A stretch of DNA of 55,861 bases, taken from IMG/VR virus record IMGVR_UViG_3300021082_000030, positions 1 to 55,861 of that record; one strand, given 5' to 3'. Numbering within the stretch: the stretch's first letter is position 1; every line of letters starts with the position of its first letter. The translations under genes and the position numbers were made by a program. This DNA is from a virus (taxonomy: Duplodnaviria > Caudoviricetes). The notes beneath the pieces are model-generated. The model had not been told where the DNA came from, did no database searches, and worked only from the letters and a program-made list of their open reading frames with translations. Below are positions 43,430-52,984 of this stretch, piece after piece.

Positions 43430-44593
43430 TCACGCGCTGCTTAGTTGAACCGGGTAGGGCTCGGGCACTGTGCTGGCCGTCGGTGACGCCGGCGGCTTGC
43501 TGTCGGTCTTCGCTTCGCCGGGCACTTGCGGCACGCCGCGCCGGCCCACGTTCATGTCGCCTCTGTCCTTGAGCAGCCACGGCGCGACCAGTTCTAGCTG
43601 TGTCAACGTGCCGCCGCTGTTGTCTTGCGTAAACGTCGCCGTGTCGATCTTCAGTCCCATGTTGAGCATCGCCATCGGTGAGTCGACCGCGATCAGATCG
43701 CCGGCGCGCCATAAGCCGCCGCCCGGCATCATCCAGCCCTGCACGGTGATGCTGGCGCGAATCTCGGTGCCCTCGTGCCAGATCGATTCATTCTTGGCGC
43801 GATCGGCAAGCTCTGCGATGGTCTTCACCGGCTGTTCTGCCGGCGTGAGCAGCGGGCTGTAGCGCAGCGCGCTGCCGCCGATCTTCGCCCGCATTTCGGT
43901 TGCGGCTATGCCGTGCTGGCTGTCGTCCTGCGGTGGCTGGCCGTCGACGATATAGTCGGAATGCATCTGCTCTTTCGAGATCGTCGCCTGACACTTCAGG
44001 ATGTTGTCGCCCTCGACTAGCTCGGCAGCGACCAGTGACGAATGATTATCGATCAACAGCAAGTTGCCGAAGTGATCGCTGCCCATGACGATGCCCTTGG
44101 GCCGGGCGATGCGCTCCAGAAAATTCCACAGGTTCTCGCCATGCTCGACTTGCAGCTTCTCGAACGGGATCGCGTTCAGCACGCCGATGGTCTTCACGCC
44201 GACGCCGAACGGCGCGATCACCTTGCGCGCCACCTGTTCGAATGTCTGGCCGTCGAAGTTGCCTTTCTCGTCGATGATGCTGCCGCGTGACGCGTACCAC
44301 GTCATGCCGACGCCCTGCAGCATGACGCCGTGCGCGCTTGCATCATAGGACGCCTGCCGCAACAGGATCACCCCGGAGATCGCGAGGATGCCGCCGAGAT
44401 AGATCGCGCACTCGTCGCCCGGCTGAAACTGCAGCTTCTCCCACAGCGTCGACGGCGTGTCGCGCTCGGCTGCGGTGAAGCGAAACTGCGGAAACGCTTC
44501 GGTCCAGCGGTGCTGCACGTACACCGATTCCCAGTCGTAGAAACGTCGGCCCCGCACGATCAGCGTTGCGGTTTCCTCTGGCTTGATCGTCAT
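43430..44593 (-). CDS. Mu P (gp44)-like baseplate hub
   Basis: YDWESV, GENLWNFLERIAR, LVEGDNI, TVQGW...LW. Confidence 0.88.
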   Translation of the reverse strand: MTIKPEETATLIVRGRRFYDWESVYVQHRWTEAFPQFRFTAAERDTPSTLWEKLQFQPGDECAIYLGGILAISGVILLRQASYDASAHGVMLQGVGMTWYASRGSIIDEKGNFDGQTFEQVARKVIAPFGVGVKTIGVLNAIPFEKLQVEHGENLWNFLERIARPKGIVMGSDHFGNLLLIDNHSSLVAAELVEGDNILKCQATISKEQMHSDYIVDGQPPQDDSQHGIAATEMRAKIGGSALRYSPLLTPAEQPVKTIAELADRAKNESIWHEGTEIRASITVQGWMMPGGGLWRAGDLIAVDSPMAMLNMGLKIDTATFTQDNSGGTLTQLELVAPWLLKDRGDMNVGRRGVPQVPGEAKTDSKPPASPTASTVPEPYPVQLSSA

Positions 44594-45291
44594 GCCGAAA
44601 GCGCTACGCCCAGCGGTTTCATGAAGGCCGGATGCACGACCTTGTTTTCCTCGCGCAGTTCATCGGCCCGCCCGGCATCGTCATAGAGCCGGTGGCCGGC
44701 GACCAGCGTCGACAGCGGCGCGGCAAAGCGAAACGCCAGCATGCGCGGCAGCGGGCGCGCGGTCTCGACCAGAAAATGCGTGGTCGCCGCGTGCAGCCGG
44801 ATCAGCGCCAGATACATGAACGAGTCCATCGCGTCGGCGACGACGTTTTCCAAAGTTGCGAAAGAGTTGTTCAGCCTTTGCTTGGCGGATTCGACTTCCT
44901 CGCGGCTGCGGAAGTCCAGATCGCAGATCAGCCGCGCCACATTGGCGAAGCAAAAGTTGAGCAGCGCGTCCTTGATCAGGTTGCCGCCCAGCGTGTTCGG
45001 CGTCTCGGCAGCGGCACCGTCATAGACCGCCGCTAGTCCCTGCGTGGTCGCGCCGGCCTCGCGCGCGAGATCGAAGCAAGTGGCGAGCGGCTCGCCGATC
45101 GTGTCGTCGTGCAACAGCGTGTCGACATTCCCCAGCAAGTCGCCGATCTCGGTGCGAGCATCCGAGCCGTTGCGGCCATAGTCGACCACTGTAAGCAACA
45201 GGTTTTGCATCGCCCGCTCCACGATCGGCTTGGCCTCGTGTGCGTCGATCTTAAACATCGGGGCCAGTGGGCGCTGGTGGCGACTGTGCAA
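44590..45291 (-). CDS. Mu N-like DNA circularization protein, C-terminal domain
   Basis: LVAGHRLYDDAGRADELREENKVVHPAFM. Confidence 0.75.
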   Translation of the reverse strand: MHSRHQRPLAPMFKIDAHEAKPIVERAMQNLLLTVVDYGRNGSDARTEIGDLLGNVDTLLHDDTIGEPLATCFDLAREAGATTQGLAAVYDGAAAETPNTLGGNLIKDALLNFCFANVARLICDLDFRSREEVESAKQRLNNSFATLENVVADAMDSFMYLALIRLHAATTHFLVETARPLPRMLAFRFAAPLSTLVAGHRLYDDAGRADELREENKVVHPAFMKPLGVALSA

Positions 45292-45865
45292 CGCCGCGCG
45301 TGAGGATGTCGACGTTGCGGTTGCGCATCTCTTGATAATATTTGATCACTTCATCGCGGTTGTCCGGCTGCGGCTGCTTCGGCGGCGCGCCAAGCTCAAC
45401 GAACGTCATATCGAACACGCAATAGCCGCCGGCGCGATCTTCCTCTGTGACCCGGTAGCGCGGGCACATCACCACCATTTCGTTGTAGCTCGCGCCCTTC
45501 ATCGTCGGCAGCTTCAGCGGGCCGGGCTCGCCGCTCACCAGTTCAACGCTCAGAAGATCGCGCGCGAGCCGATAGTCGGTGTTGTAAAGCTGCGACCCTG
45601 ACTCCGCGCCCGAGCCAGTGGCGTTGTACGGATACTGGATGCAATAGCCGCGCACCGTGAACTCGAACGCCTTGCGCCCCATGTCTTCCGCGTAGGGCAG
45701 ATTCTTTTTGGGAAACTCGTGCATCACGACGCGCCGTCCGCTCTCGACCGCGTTCGCATCGCAATGAAAGAACGCGCCGCGAAACGATGCCGGCTGCAGA
45801 TCGGCGCGCCACGGGCTCTTGATCTTGCCGTCGGGGCTGTAAGCGAGATCGCGGATCGTTGCCAT
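45251..45865 (-). CDS. Mu N-like DNA circularization protein, N-terminal domain
   Basis: WRADLQPASFRG, GRRVVMHEFP...YAEDMGR. Confidence 0.88.
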   Translation of the reverse strand: MATIRDLAYSPDGKIKSPWRADLQPASFRGAFFHCDANAVESGRRVVMHEFPKKNLPYAEDMGRKAFEFTVRGYCIQYPYNATGSGAESGSQLYNTDYRLARDLLSVELVSGEPGPLKLPTMKGASYNEMVVMCPRYRVTEEDRAGGYCVFDMTFVELGAPPKQPQPDNRDEVIKYYQEMRNRNVDILTRGVAQSPPAPTGPDV

Positions 45866-48564
45866 TAGATCGAAGCCTGTGCGTCGTCGGTGACGCGGCT
45901 GGAACGCGCCGGCTCCATCTGCGTCTGCCGATCGATCTCGGTTTTCTTGAACAGTCCGTCACCGGACGCGTCCACCTTGGTGCCGCGCGGGGCGTTCACG
46001 TCAACCTTGAGTTTGCCGTTTGCGGAGACGCGAGTCTCACCGCCGCGATCAAGCGCGGTGCGATCTAGCGCCGCGCCACCTTCGCCGGCTTCGCCGACGT
46101 TCGGGCGATAGAACTGAAATTGCCGCGTGTTGTATTGGCTGACGCGCTTCGACTGATTACCGCCAAGCCCTGCAAACTTTCCGCCGCCGAGCTTTTCATT
46201 CAGGATCGTCACATGGCTGCCAGCCTCGCCAGTGCGACCGCTGCCGCGCCGTGACCACCCCGGGCGCGCGACAGCAACGTCGCCGGGCTGCGCGTCCTCT
46301 GCCGAAACCTCCGTGCCCGAGTTGCGCCAGTTCGAAGCCAGTTGCCAATTTTTTGGTGGCGTGCCGCCCGCTGCTTTGACAGTCGCCGCAGCGAAGTCGC
46401 CGCACCATTGATCATGTTGCGGATAGCCCTGCGCCTTCATCCAGTTCGAAAGCTGCGCCGGACCAAGCTGCGCGACCGCTCGCGCCTTCTCCAAGATCGC
46501 CCCGGGCACCGGATGATCGCCGCCGCCGCTGTTGGGATTGCTGGTGGTGTCGGCTGCAGCGTAGCGCTCGGCTTGCGCGCCACGCTTTGCCGCCTCGCCT
46601 CTGGCGTTCGCCGGGCGCTCGTACAGTCGGCTGACCGCGCTGCCGGCTTCGGCTGCAGTCTTCGTGCCGCGCAACGCATCGCCGGCTTTCTTCTCGCCGT
46701 TGTTCAATTCCCAGTTAACGGCGGCAAGCTGCTCTTGATAGGACATCTGCGACAGCGGCTTGCCGAATTGTTTCTCGATCTTGGCCTGCCGATCGGGATG
46801 CCATTGCGCGATGCCCTTCGCCTTGCCGCCGTCGCCGGTCGAGCCGGTGTTAAATCCGCTCTCGGCGTTGATATTCGCGGCGAGGCCGGCTGCCTGCTCA
46901 TGCGACCAGCCCTGACTCTTGAAATACTCCATCGCCTGTTGCGCGCGACTGCCCGCAGCCGAGCCGGCTGGACGCGCGGCGCTCGCCGGCGTGTCGCCCG
47001 CGCCCGGGCCCGTGCCGGGGCCGACTTGGCTTCCGTTCGGCGCGGCACCGCCACCGCCGCCCGGCACTTGGATGTTGCTCGGCAGCCCGCCGCCGCCCGG
47101 CATCTGGAAGCCGCCGCCGGTTGTCAGCGATGCGCGCTGGAAGCCCGGCATGCCACCGCCGCCGCCACCGCCGCCACCGCCGCCGCCACCGCTCAGATAA
47201 TTCTTGAAGTCGACCATGCCCTCGAACACGCCGACGCGAATGGCATCCTTGAACATGCCGCCGCCGCTGCTTCGCGTGTAGCCGCCGTCGTCATCGCCAC
47301 CTAAGCTCGCCTTGATCACGCTCGCGCCGGCGAAGCTGCCGCCGCTGTAGGACATCTGTTTAGCCGGTGGCGTTAACCCGTGATAATATTTGTTTTTCCC
47401 CTCGGGCGTCATCTCCGGTGCCCAGTCGGGCCGGTTGGTAAACGAATCCCAGATGTTGCTTTCGCCGCTTTTCCACTTCTCTTCCCATTTTTTCTTGTTC
47501 TCTTCCGACGTTTCAATGCCAAAGAACTTTTGCAGTCTCGGGTCCATGCCCTCGCTGATGGCCTTCTTTGGATTTGTCACCAGCTTGTAAATCTCGATCA
47601 TTCCCTTCGCGACTTTCGAGACTTCCTTCAATGCATTCTCACCGAACGCCTTGCCCCAATTCTCGCCGGTGAGGCCAAGCTGCGTATTCAAGTCCCGCAT
47701 CAGCGGCAACAGCCCGGTCTGAATCGCTTGGATGAAATCGTTATATTGCTTGTTGATCTTCACCATCTCGGTGTTGAAGTCCCGAGACGCCTGCAACCGT
47801 GACGCATATTCCGCTCTCTCGGCGTCGGTCGCGTCCTTTAGATCAGCCTTGAGTTGAACAAGCACTGAAGGGTCGAGCTTGAGGCCGCCAATAAATCTGT
47901 TGCGCAATTCGGCGGCCATTCCGGCATTGCCGCCGGTGCGCGCCATCTCTGCTTCGAAGACGTTATTGGCGGCGGTGATGACTTCGTTCAGCGCCTTCGC
48001 CATCTCGCCACGGCTGGCAAAGCCGGTGATGCGTGAGATGAACGCCGCCATCGCCGCCGGATCGCTGACCGCGCCCTTCATCAGGTCTTCGCGTAGCTTG
48101 CTGCCTGATCGACTCAGTTCGGCAATCGCGTTCTGGAAGTTCGTCACGGTTTGCGCGGCGGCGTTCGGATCGACGCCGACGAGCTTCATCTGCTCGACGA
48201 GGCCCTTGAGGTTTGCGCCGGCGACGCCGAATGACCGCGCCGTGGCGTCGAGCCGGATCACTTCATCGGTGAACTTGCGCAGCCCTTCGAGCATGAAGTT
48301 GCTGATGAAGCCCGCCGCGAAAGCCGAGAACGCGGTCGCCATCGAGCGGCCCATCGACTGCAGCGCGCTCGATGTCTTGGCCGCGCTTTCGCGCGTCTGG
48401 CCCATCTTGACGTTGAGTTGCTCGACCTCCTTTGTCATCCGCGCGATCGCGTCGCGGTTCTCCTGCCCGCCCAAGGCGCGCAAATGTTGACGCAGCGTTG
48501 CCAGCCCGGTCGACGCGTTGTCGATCAAGGTGACTGTAAGACGTAGCTCTTCGAATTCAGCCAT
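45865..48564 (-). CDS. Tape measure protein with tail-lysozyme and CHAP-like domains
   Basis: Helical N-terminal half; QAAGLAANINAESG...GIAQW; WCGDFA...PGDVAV...HV...GGNQ. Confidence 0.88.
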   Translation of the reverse strand: MAEFEELRLTVTLIDNASTGLATLRQHLRALGGQENRDAIARMTKEVEQLNVKMGQTRESAAKTSSALQSMGRSMATAFSAFAAGFISNFMLEGLRKFTDEVIRLDATARSFGVAGANLKGLVEQMKLVGVDPNAAAQTVTNFQNAIAELSRSGSKLREDLMKGAVSDPAAMAAFISRITGFASRGEMAKALNEVITAANNVFEAEMARTGGNAGMAAELRNRFIGGLKLDPSVLVQLKADLKDATDAERAEYASRLQASRDFNTEMVKINKQYNDFIQAIQTGLLPLMRDLNTQLGLTGENWGKAFGENALKEVSKVAKGMIEIYKLVTNPKKAISEGMDPRLQKFFGIETSEENKKKWEEKWKSGESNIWDSFTNRPDWAPEMTPEGKNKYYHGLTPPAKQMSYSGGSFAGASVIKASLGGDDDGGYTRSSGGGMFKDAIRVGVFEGMVDFKNYLSGGGGGGGGGGGGGMPGFQRASLTTGGGFQMPGGGGLPSNIQVPGGGGGAAPNGSQVGPGTGPGAGDTPASAARPAGSAAGSRAQQAMEYFKSQGWSHEQAAGLAANINAESGFNTGSTGDGGKAKGIAQWHPDRQAKIEKQFGKPLSQMSYQEQLAAVNWELNNGEKKAGDALRGTKTAAEAGSAVSRLYERPANARGEAAKRGAQAERYAAADTTSNPNSGGGDHPVPGAILEKARAVAQLGPAQLSNWMKAQGYPQHDQWCGDFAAATVKAAGGTPPKNWQLASNWRNSGTEVSAEDAQPGDVAVARPGWSRRGSGRTGEAGSHVTILNEKLGGGKFAGLGGNQSKRVSQYNTRQFQFYRPNVGEAGEGGAALDRTALDRGGETRVSANGKLKVDVNAPRGTKVDASGDGLFKKTEIDRQTQMEPARSSRVTDDAQASI

Positions 48565-48766
48565 CGTCGTCGTCGCTGCTTATTCGTTGTTGCCGCCGCC
48601 TGATCTCGGCAAGCGTGATCGTGTAGTGCAGATGAAGCTGCACCTCATCGAGCGGCATGTTGAGGAACACGTCTGGGGCTTGGTGGTAGTGCAGGGCGAG
48701 TCGGTAGCAATCGAGAATTAGATCTTTCTCGTCGCCTACCAAGCGTCCGGCACGGGAAGAAAAAAA
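48557..48766 (-). CDS. Tail assembly chaperone -1 frameshift extension
   Basis: T7 run (A 48760-48766 on the plus strand) leads into an open -1 frame that ends at the tape measure start. Confidence 0.7.
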   Translation of the reverse strand, partial: FFSSRAGRLVGDEKDLILDCYRLALHYHQAPDVFLNMPLDEVQLHLHYTITLAEIRRRQQRISSDDDDG

Positions 48767-49155
48767 TTGCGTAGCCGATACGCGCACGACGCCCAGTCGC
48801 GCGGGTCCATTGTTTCGAGGAAAGGAGTCATCACGCCGCTAAGCGCCGTCATCATCAGCGTCATCTTGCGCTCGTCCATGATGACATCGCCGTTGACATC
48901 GATACGAACTGGCAAGCCGTTGCGGTTGATGTCCGCGCCGGTGGGCTGCCGGAACGACAACTCGCGAATCTCTTCGCCCTTGTTATTGCGGATCGCCTTG
49001 TTCATGAGCTTGACCTTGATCGGCCATTTCTCGACGTAGGGCTCGGGCTCGGGCGGCGACGGCTCGGGCTGCGGTGTTGCATCAAGCTCAAGATCAACAT
49101 CCGGCTTCGCCACCGGCTCATCGGCAACGAAGCCTTCACGCACTGGTTTGTTCAT
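48736..49155 (-). CDS. Tail assembly chaperone (Mu gp41 / P2 E-like)
   Basis: ELSFRQPTGAD...MDPRDW...FF, between tube and tape measure genes. Confidence 0.85.
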   Translation of the reverse strand: MNKPVREGFVADEPVAKPDVDLELDATPQPEPSPPEPEPYVEKWPIKVKLMNKAIRNNKGEEIRELSFRQPTGADINRNGLPVRIDVNGDVIMDERKMTLMMTALSGVMTPFLETMDPRDWASCAYRLRNFFLPVPDAW

Positions 49156-49164
49156 AGCGTTTCC

Positions 49165-49530
49165 TTAAAGCTGGATTTCCTCGCACCACAGACCTTCCCA
49201 GCGCACGCGCGCTTGGCCGTCTCTGGTGTTGCCTTCCAGCGCGCTTTTGCACGTCGCGCCGGCGAGCGTGTATTGCTTCTGGTTGGCAAGCTGCGCCACG
49301 ACCGTGACATCGGTCTGCGCGTCGAGGTCTTCTAAGTTGATCTCGGCAGTCAGCGAGATGTCACCCTCGATGTACGGGACGCGCGGCAATTCCTGATAGC
49401 CGTGAACGCCGTCCTGCCCGGCGATCATGGTTCGCTCTGTCGGGCTCGGCGAGACGGTGAAGTTGCCGCGCAGTGGAAGTTGATAGCCATCGACCATGAC
49501 GAAGGCGATGCCAGCGAAGCGCTGTGCCAT
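49165..49530 (-). CDS. Mu-like tail tube protein
   Basis: AGIAFVMVDG...GQDGVHGYQE.P. Confidence 0.88.
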   Translation of the reverse strand: MAQRFAGIAFVMVDGYQLPLRGNFTVSPSPTERTMIAGQDGVHGYQELPRVPYIEGDISLTAEINLEDLDAQTDVTVVAQLANQKQYTLAGATCKSALEGNTRDGQARVRWEGLWCEEIQL

Positions 49531-49550
49531 TTCAGACTCCTGTTTCTAGG

Positions 49551-49574
49551 AAAAGAGCGGGCCGGGTGGCCCGC
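49551..49574 (-). terminator. Weak terminator-like hairpin between sheath and tube genes
   Basis: GCGGGCC-ACCC-GGCCCGC-TCTTTT on the minus strand. Confidence 0.4.
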
Positions 49575-49591
49575 CAAGTCTTGGGGGAAAA

Positions 49592-51157
49592 TCAGGCTGC
49601 GGCGGCGCGACCAGTGACGCCCACCGGCGGGCCGATGATCTCGTTGTCGAGGCCGCGATCGTATTGCAGCCGGAACTGCGCCAGCACCGCGAACACGCGA
49701 AGCTGATTGATAAGGTCCGGTGGATAGAGGACGTTCAGCCGGTTGGCGTCGTTTGGGTCACGCTCGACGATCAAGTGTTTCTTGAAGTTGCGCGTGTCCT
49801 CGACCAGCCCGTTGAATTCATCCATCCGGTATTGCGCGATGAGTTCGGCCTTGACGATGCCCGGCGTGACGATCGCTTGTCCGGGGCCGAACCGTGTCCC
49901 GTCATTGGCGAGCTTGTGCCGGGGGAATTTGCTGGTGATGGCGTGGCGCTGATTGCGCAACAGCCGCGCCAAGGTTGCCAGCGTGGTGACAAGCTCATAG
50001 GCGTCGTCGAGGTTGCCATAGAGGTTTTTTTGATAGGTCGTCTGCTCACGCGCGAGCATCGGCTGATTGTCCGATCCGGTCTTCTGGATCGCGATGCCGT
50101 TGAGCGCGAGTGAGTTCAGTTCGGCGAACATGAAGCGATCCTGCAGTGGCGCTGGCTTGATCTGGTTGAGCGACAGCGATTGCAGCGGGCGGGCCGGGTC
50201 GTTGATCAAGGCGCGCTGTGCCTTGGCCGCGTAGGCGGCAGCCCATTCGAACGCCGGCGACGGGCTCGTCGTCTCGATGCCAAGCACCGACATCACGCCG
50301 GAATTGCGCGAACCGCCGAACGTCAGCAAGTCCGCATACAATCCGCGCTTGGCCGAGAACACATGACCGTAAAGCTGACGCTGCCAGCCCCAGCGCCCAT
50401 CATCTGAGAAACCATATTCGTTCTCCCAAACGCCGAGCGATGTCGCGTCGCTGTAGGGCATCGCGACATATTCGAACTCCCGCTCGCCGAGCGCGTCGAC
50501 CGCGTTGTCCATTGCCGGCACGCCGGTGCCGCCGGTCAGCAAGCCGGTGGCGGGCATGGTGATGCCGAGTCCGATCGGTGTGATCTCGCCGCCGATCGTG
50601 CCGAAGTAGTTCAGCCCGACGGTGATCTCGTTGCCGCTGACGCCCTTCCACAGCGCGGTGATGGTGACGTTTGTCGGCGAGCCGACGGACGACACCGGCA
50701 AGTCTTCGTTCTCATTGATCGCCGCCGAGATCGCGACGTTGATCTCGTTCACCGTGTCGGAGACGCCGACGTTAACCGGGACATGCACGCCGCCGATGTA
50801 GAGATGTAGCGTTCCCGGCTCGGTGGGCGTGCCGGTGATCGTGATCGTGCCCGTTGCGGCAGCGGCACCGGCGGGCTCGGCGAGCGGCAAGCCGTACACC
50901 AGCCCCGACGTGTTGTTGTTGTAGAACGCCTTGAACATGCGCGCGAGTTCAGAGCCCTGTCCGAACGCGACATCGGCCTGCGCTTGGCTGCCGATCGCGA
51001 TCGGGATGTCGGCGGTTGCTTCGCCGGCGGCGATCATGGTGCCGACGAGCAGCGCCGGCTGCTTCAGCACCGGCAGCCCGGCCTTCGACGGGTCAACCTC
51101 AACCCAGTAGAGCGGCACTTTGATTTCGGCGGGGATTTGCGAAAACGAGATAGGCAT
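49592..51157 (-). CDS. Mu-like contractile tail sheath protein
   Basis: ISFSQIP..VPL..EVD, FGQGS, DPARPLQ, FPRHKLA.DG, PPDLINQLRVFA. Confidence 0.95.
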   Translation of the reverse strand: MPISFSQIPAEIKVPLYWVEVDPSKAGLPVLKQPALLVGTMIAAGEATADIPIAIGSQAQADVAFGQGSELARMFKAFYNNNTSGLVYGLPLAEPAGAAAATGTITITGTPTEPGTLHLYIGGVHVPVNVGVSDTVNEINVAISAAINENEDLPVSSVGSPTNVTITALWKGVSGNEITVGLNYFGTIGGEITPIGLGITMPATGLLTGGTGVPAMDNAVDALGEREFEYVAMPYSDATSLGVWENEYGFSDDGRWGWQRQLYGHVFSAKRGLYADLLTFGGSRNSGVMSVLGIETTSPSPAFEWAAAYAAKAQRALINDPARPLQSLSLNQIKPAPLQDRFMFAELNSLALNGIAIQKTGSDNQPMLAREQTTYQKNLYGNLDDAYELVTTLATLARLLRNQRHAITSKFPRHKLANDGTRFGPGQAIVTPGIVKAELIAQYRMDEFNGLVEDTRNFKKHLIVERDPNDANRLNVLYPPDLINQLRVFAVLAQFRLQYDRGLDNEIIGPPVGVTGRAAAA

Positions 51158-51199
51158 GACGATGCTCCTGATGAAAGCTGTGCGAGGGTTTGCCGGCCT

Positions 51200-51571
51200 T
51201 TACGTTGCCGACGAGCCCGGCGGGTTCTGCGGGGGAGTCGCCGGCTGCGGTTGTGCCGTCGGCTGTTGCTGTGGCGGCTGGCCTTGCTGCGGCGTCGTCG
51301 GCGCACGCCGTCCTTCGTCACGCTCGCGCTTGCCTTCGCGATTCACCGAGCCGTCCTTGATGCGGCGGCGGGTGAACTGATCGAGCGGCCATTCGACCGA
51401 ACCGCTGGCCGGAAACTTGACGCCGTTCGGATGCTTGAGCGCCTTGCGCAGTTCATCGCTCGCCGGCGTCACGCGCACGCGCTCCAGCGGCGGGTTCAGT
51501 TTCTTCATCTTTTCCCTGCGCTCATCGAGTTGCTTTTCGCGCAGGCTCTTCTCGCCTTCCTTAGCTGCCAT
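51200..51571 (-). CDS. Small pre-sheath protein (Mu gp38/DUF2635-like)
   Basis: HP.G..FP..G...W...FTRRRIKDGSV. Confidence 0.6.
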   Translation of the reverse strand: MAAKEGEKSLREKQLDERREKMKKLNPPLERVRVTPASDELRKALKHPNGVKFPASGSVEWPLDQFTRRRIKDGSVNREGKRERDEGRRAPTTPQQGQPPQQQPTAQPQPATPPQNPPGSSAT

Positions 51572-51637
51572 GATTGTCCTCACGGGTTGGCGAGCCGACG
51601 GACGCCGGCGCGCTGTGGTCTTGCACTTGCGGGGGAG

Positions 51638-52294
51638 TTACGCGGCGGCTCTCGCGGTGGCCGGCGTGAACTCGTATTCGGTGATGATGCGTTGCACTTC
51701 GTCGATCGGCGGGATGGTGCCGTCATGCGAAAGCGGCACCGTCTCTTGATGAATCCGCAACAGATCGTCGGTGATGATCGGCGGGAAGGTGGCGCTGTAG
51801 AGAACTTGCGCCTCATACTGCAGTTCGCCGATCGGCGTTTCGTTTATTCCGATCTTGTCCCAGTTGAACTTACGGTTGCCGCCCTTGATGCCCTCGATGC
51901 GGATGCCGTCGGGCAAGGTGACCACGCCGGCGGGCGCGCGCGTGTCGATCAGGTTCATGATGTACTGATCGCGCCAAAGCCCGTTCATGATCTCCCAATA
52001 GGCGGCGTCGAGCTTCTTCTGGCTCTCGATCGGATCGTTGTTCTGGATCACCACCGAGAAGCCGATCGTCATCTCGTTGTCGAAGCGCACCTCGCCGGCG
52101 TTGGCGTCGCCGTCCGCTGTCAGAGTCTCGCGTATGAAGTAGACGCCGAGATAGGGCAGCACTTCCGGAATGAGCGGCATCTGCTTGGTGCGCCGCGACT
52201 TGAACCCGGCGAAGAACGGCAGCGTCACCGTCTTCGCATAGAGCGTGTCGCAGATCACCAAGCCATAGCTTTGCGAAGTGAAAACCTCTGTCAC
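51638..52294 (-). CDS. Putative tail terminator/completion protein
   Basis: Position before the sheath; LPYLGVY motif; GTGA coupling. Confidence 0.6.
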   Translation of the reverse strand: MTEVFTSQSYGLVICDTLYAKTVTLPFFAGFKSRRTKQMPLIPEVLPYLGVYFIRETLTADGDANAGEVRFDNEMTIGFSVVIQNNDPIESQKKLDAAYWEIMNGLWRDQYIMNLIDTRAPAGVVTLPDGIRIEGIKGGNRKFNWDKIGINETPIGELQYEAQVLYSATFPPIITDDLLRIHQETVPLSHDGTIPPIDEVQRIITEYEFTPATARAAA

Positions 52295-52647
52295 GGCTTG
52301 GCCGCTCCGTATTTGCGGAGCGCGCATGTGATCAGCCCGCCGTCGTCGTCGGTGTCGGTGATCTCGAACTCACCGACGGGCGCGCCGTTGCAGTCGTAGG
52401 GAATCGTCACGCGATCACCCTGCATCGGTGGGTTGGCGTATTCGGCGGCGCGGATGTCGAGAATGGTCTGCTGATCGGAAAAGATCGAGCCGTCGATCAT
52501 CTGCACGTCGACCGGGCCGGTGATGAAGATGCCCCGCCCGCCGTAGGCAGGCGCGCCCGGCTGCGAGACGACCGGCGTGAACGTCACCGGCACCGAGAAC
52601 ATATCCTGACACGGCAGCTTCACCAGCGTGGAATAGTTCACCGCCAT
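52291..52647 (-). CDS. Head-tail joining protein (lambda FII-like)
   Basis: FSVPVTFTP...GIF...PPMQGDRVTI...DDDGG. Confidence 0.65.
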   Translation of the reverse strand: MAVNYSTLVKLPCQDMFSVPVTFTPVVSQPGAPAYGGRGIFITGPVDVQMIDGSIFSDQQTILDIRAAEYANPPMQGDRVTIPYDCNGAPVGEFEITDTDDDGGLITCALRKYGAAKP

Positions 52648-52651
52648 CGCA

Positions 52652-52984
52652 TCACCATTTGACTTCGCGCCGCAGCAATTCCTGCATGCGCACTTCCAGC
52701 TTGTTGAGCAGCACCGGGCGCAGGATCGGATGCTTGCCCGCCGCGCGCACCGTGCGCCGGCGCTGCGGCAGCGCTGACCGCTGCGCTTGCGTGCGCCCGC
52801 GCGGCCATATCCGCGTGATCGCCGCCGTCGGGTTGAGGATTTCGGTGTTCGGGTGCTTGCGCTTCATGTCGTCGACTTGCCATGCCGTCAATTCCGCCGG
52901 CACCGGCACGGTCTGCAGCGTGTTCATCATCTTTACGATGCGATCTTCGATCGCCATCGTCTCGATCAGAATCTCGAAGCCCAT
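52652..52984 (-). CDS. Neck/tail completion hypothetical protein
   Basis: Basic protein with HPILRP motif, between connector genes. Confidence 0.55.
   Translation of the reverse strand: MGFEILIETMAIEDRIVKMMNTLQTVPVPAELTAWQVDDMKRKHPNTEILNPTAAITRIWPRGRTQAQRSALPQRRRTVRAAGKHPILRPVLLNKLEVRMQELLRREVKW

Noticed and set aside
47152-47192. Shared GCC/ACC repeat with 5137-5166 as a recombination site
   Set aside because: Both are explained by poly-glycine codons
39953-51157. Transposable Mu-like phage, T6SS or tailocin
   Set aside because: The tail is Mu-like, but there is no MuA/MuB transposase and a complete head, terminase and tyrosine integrase are present
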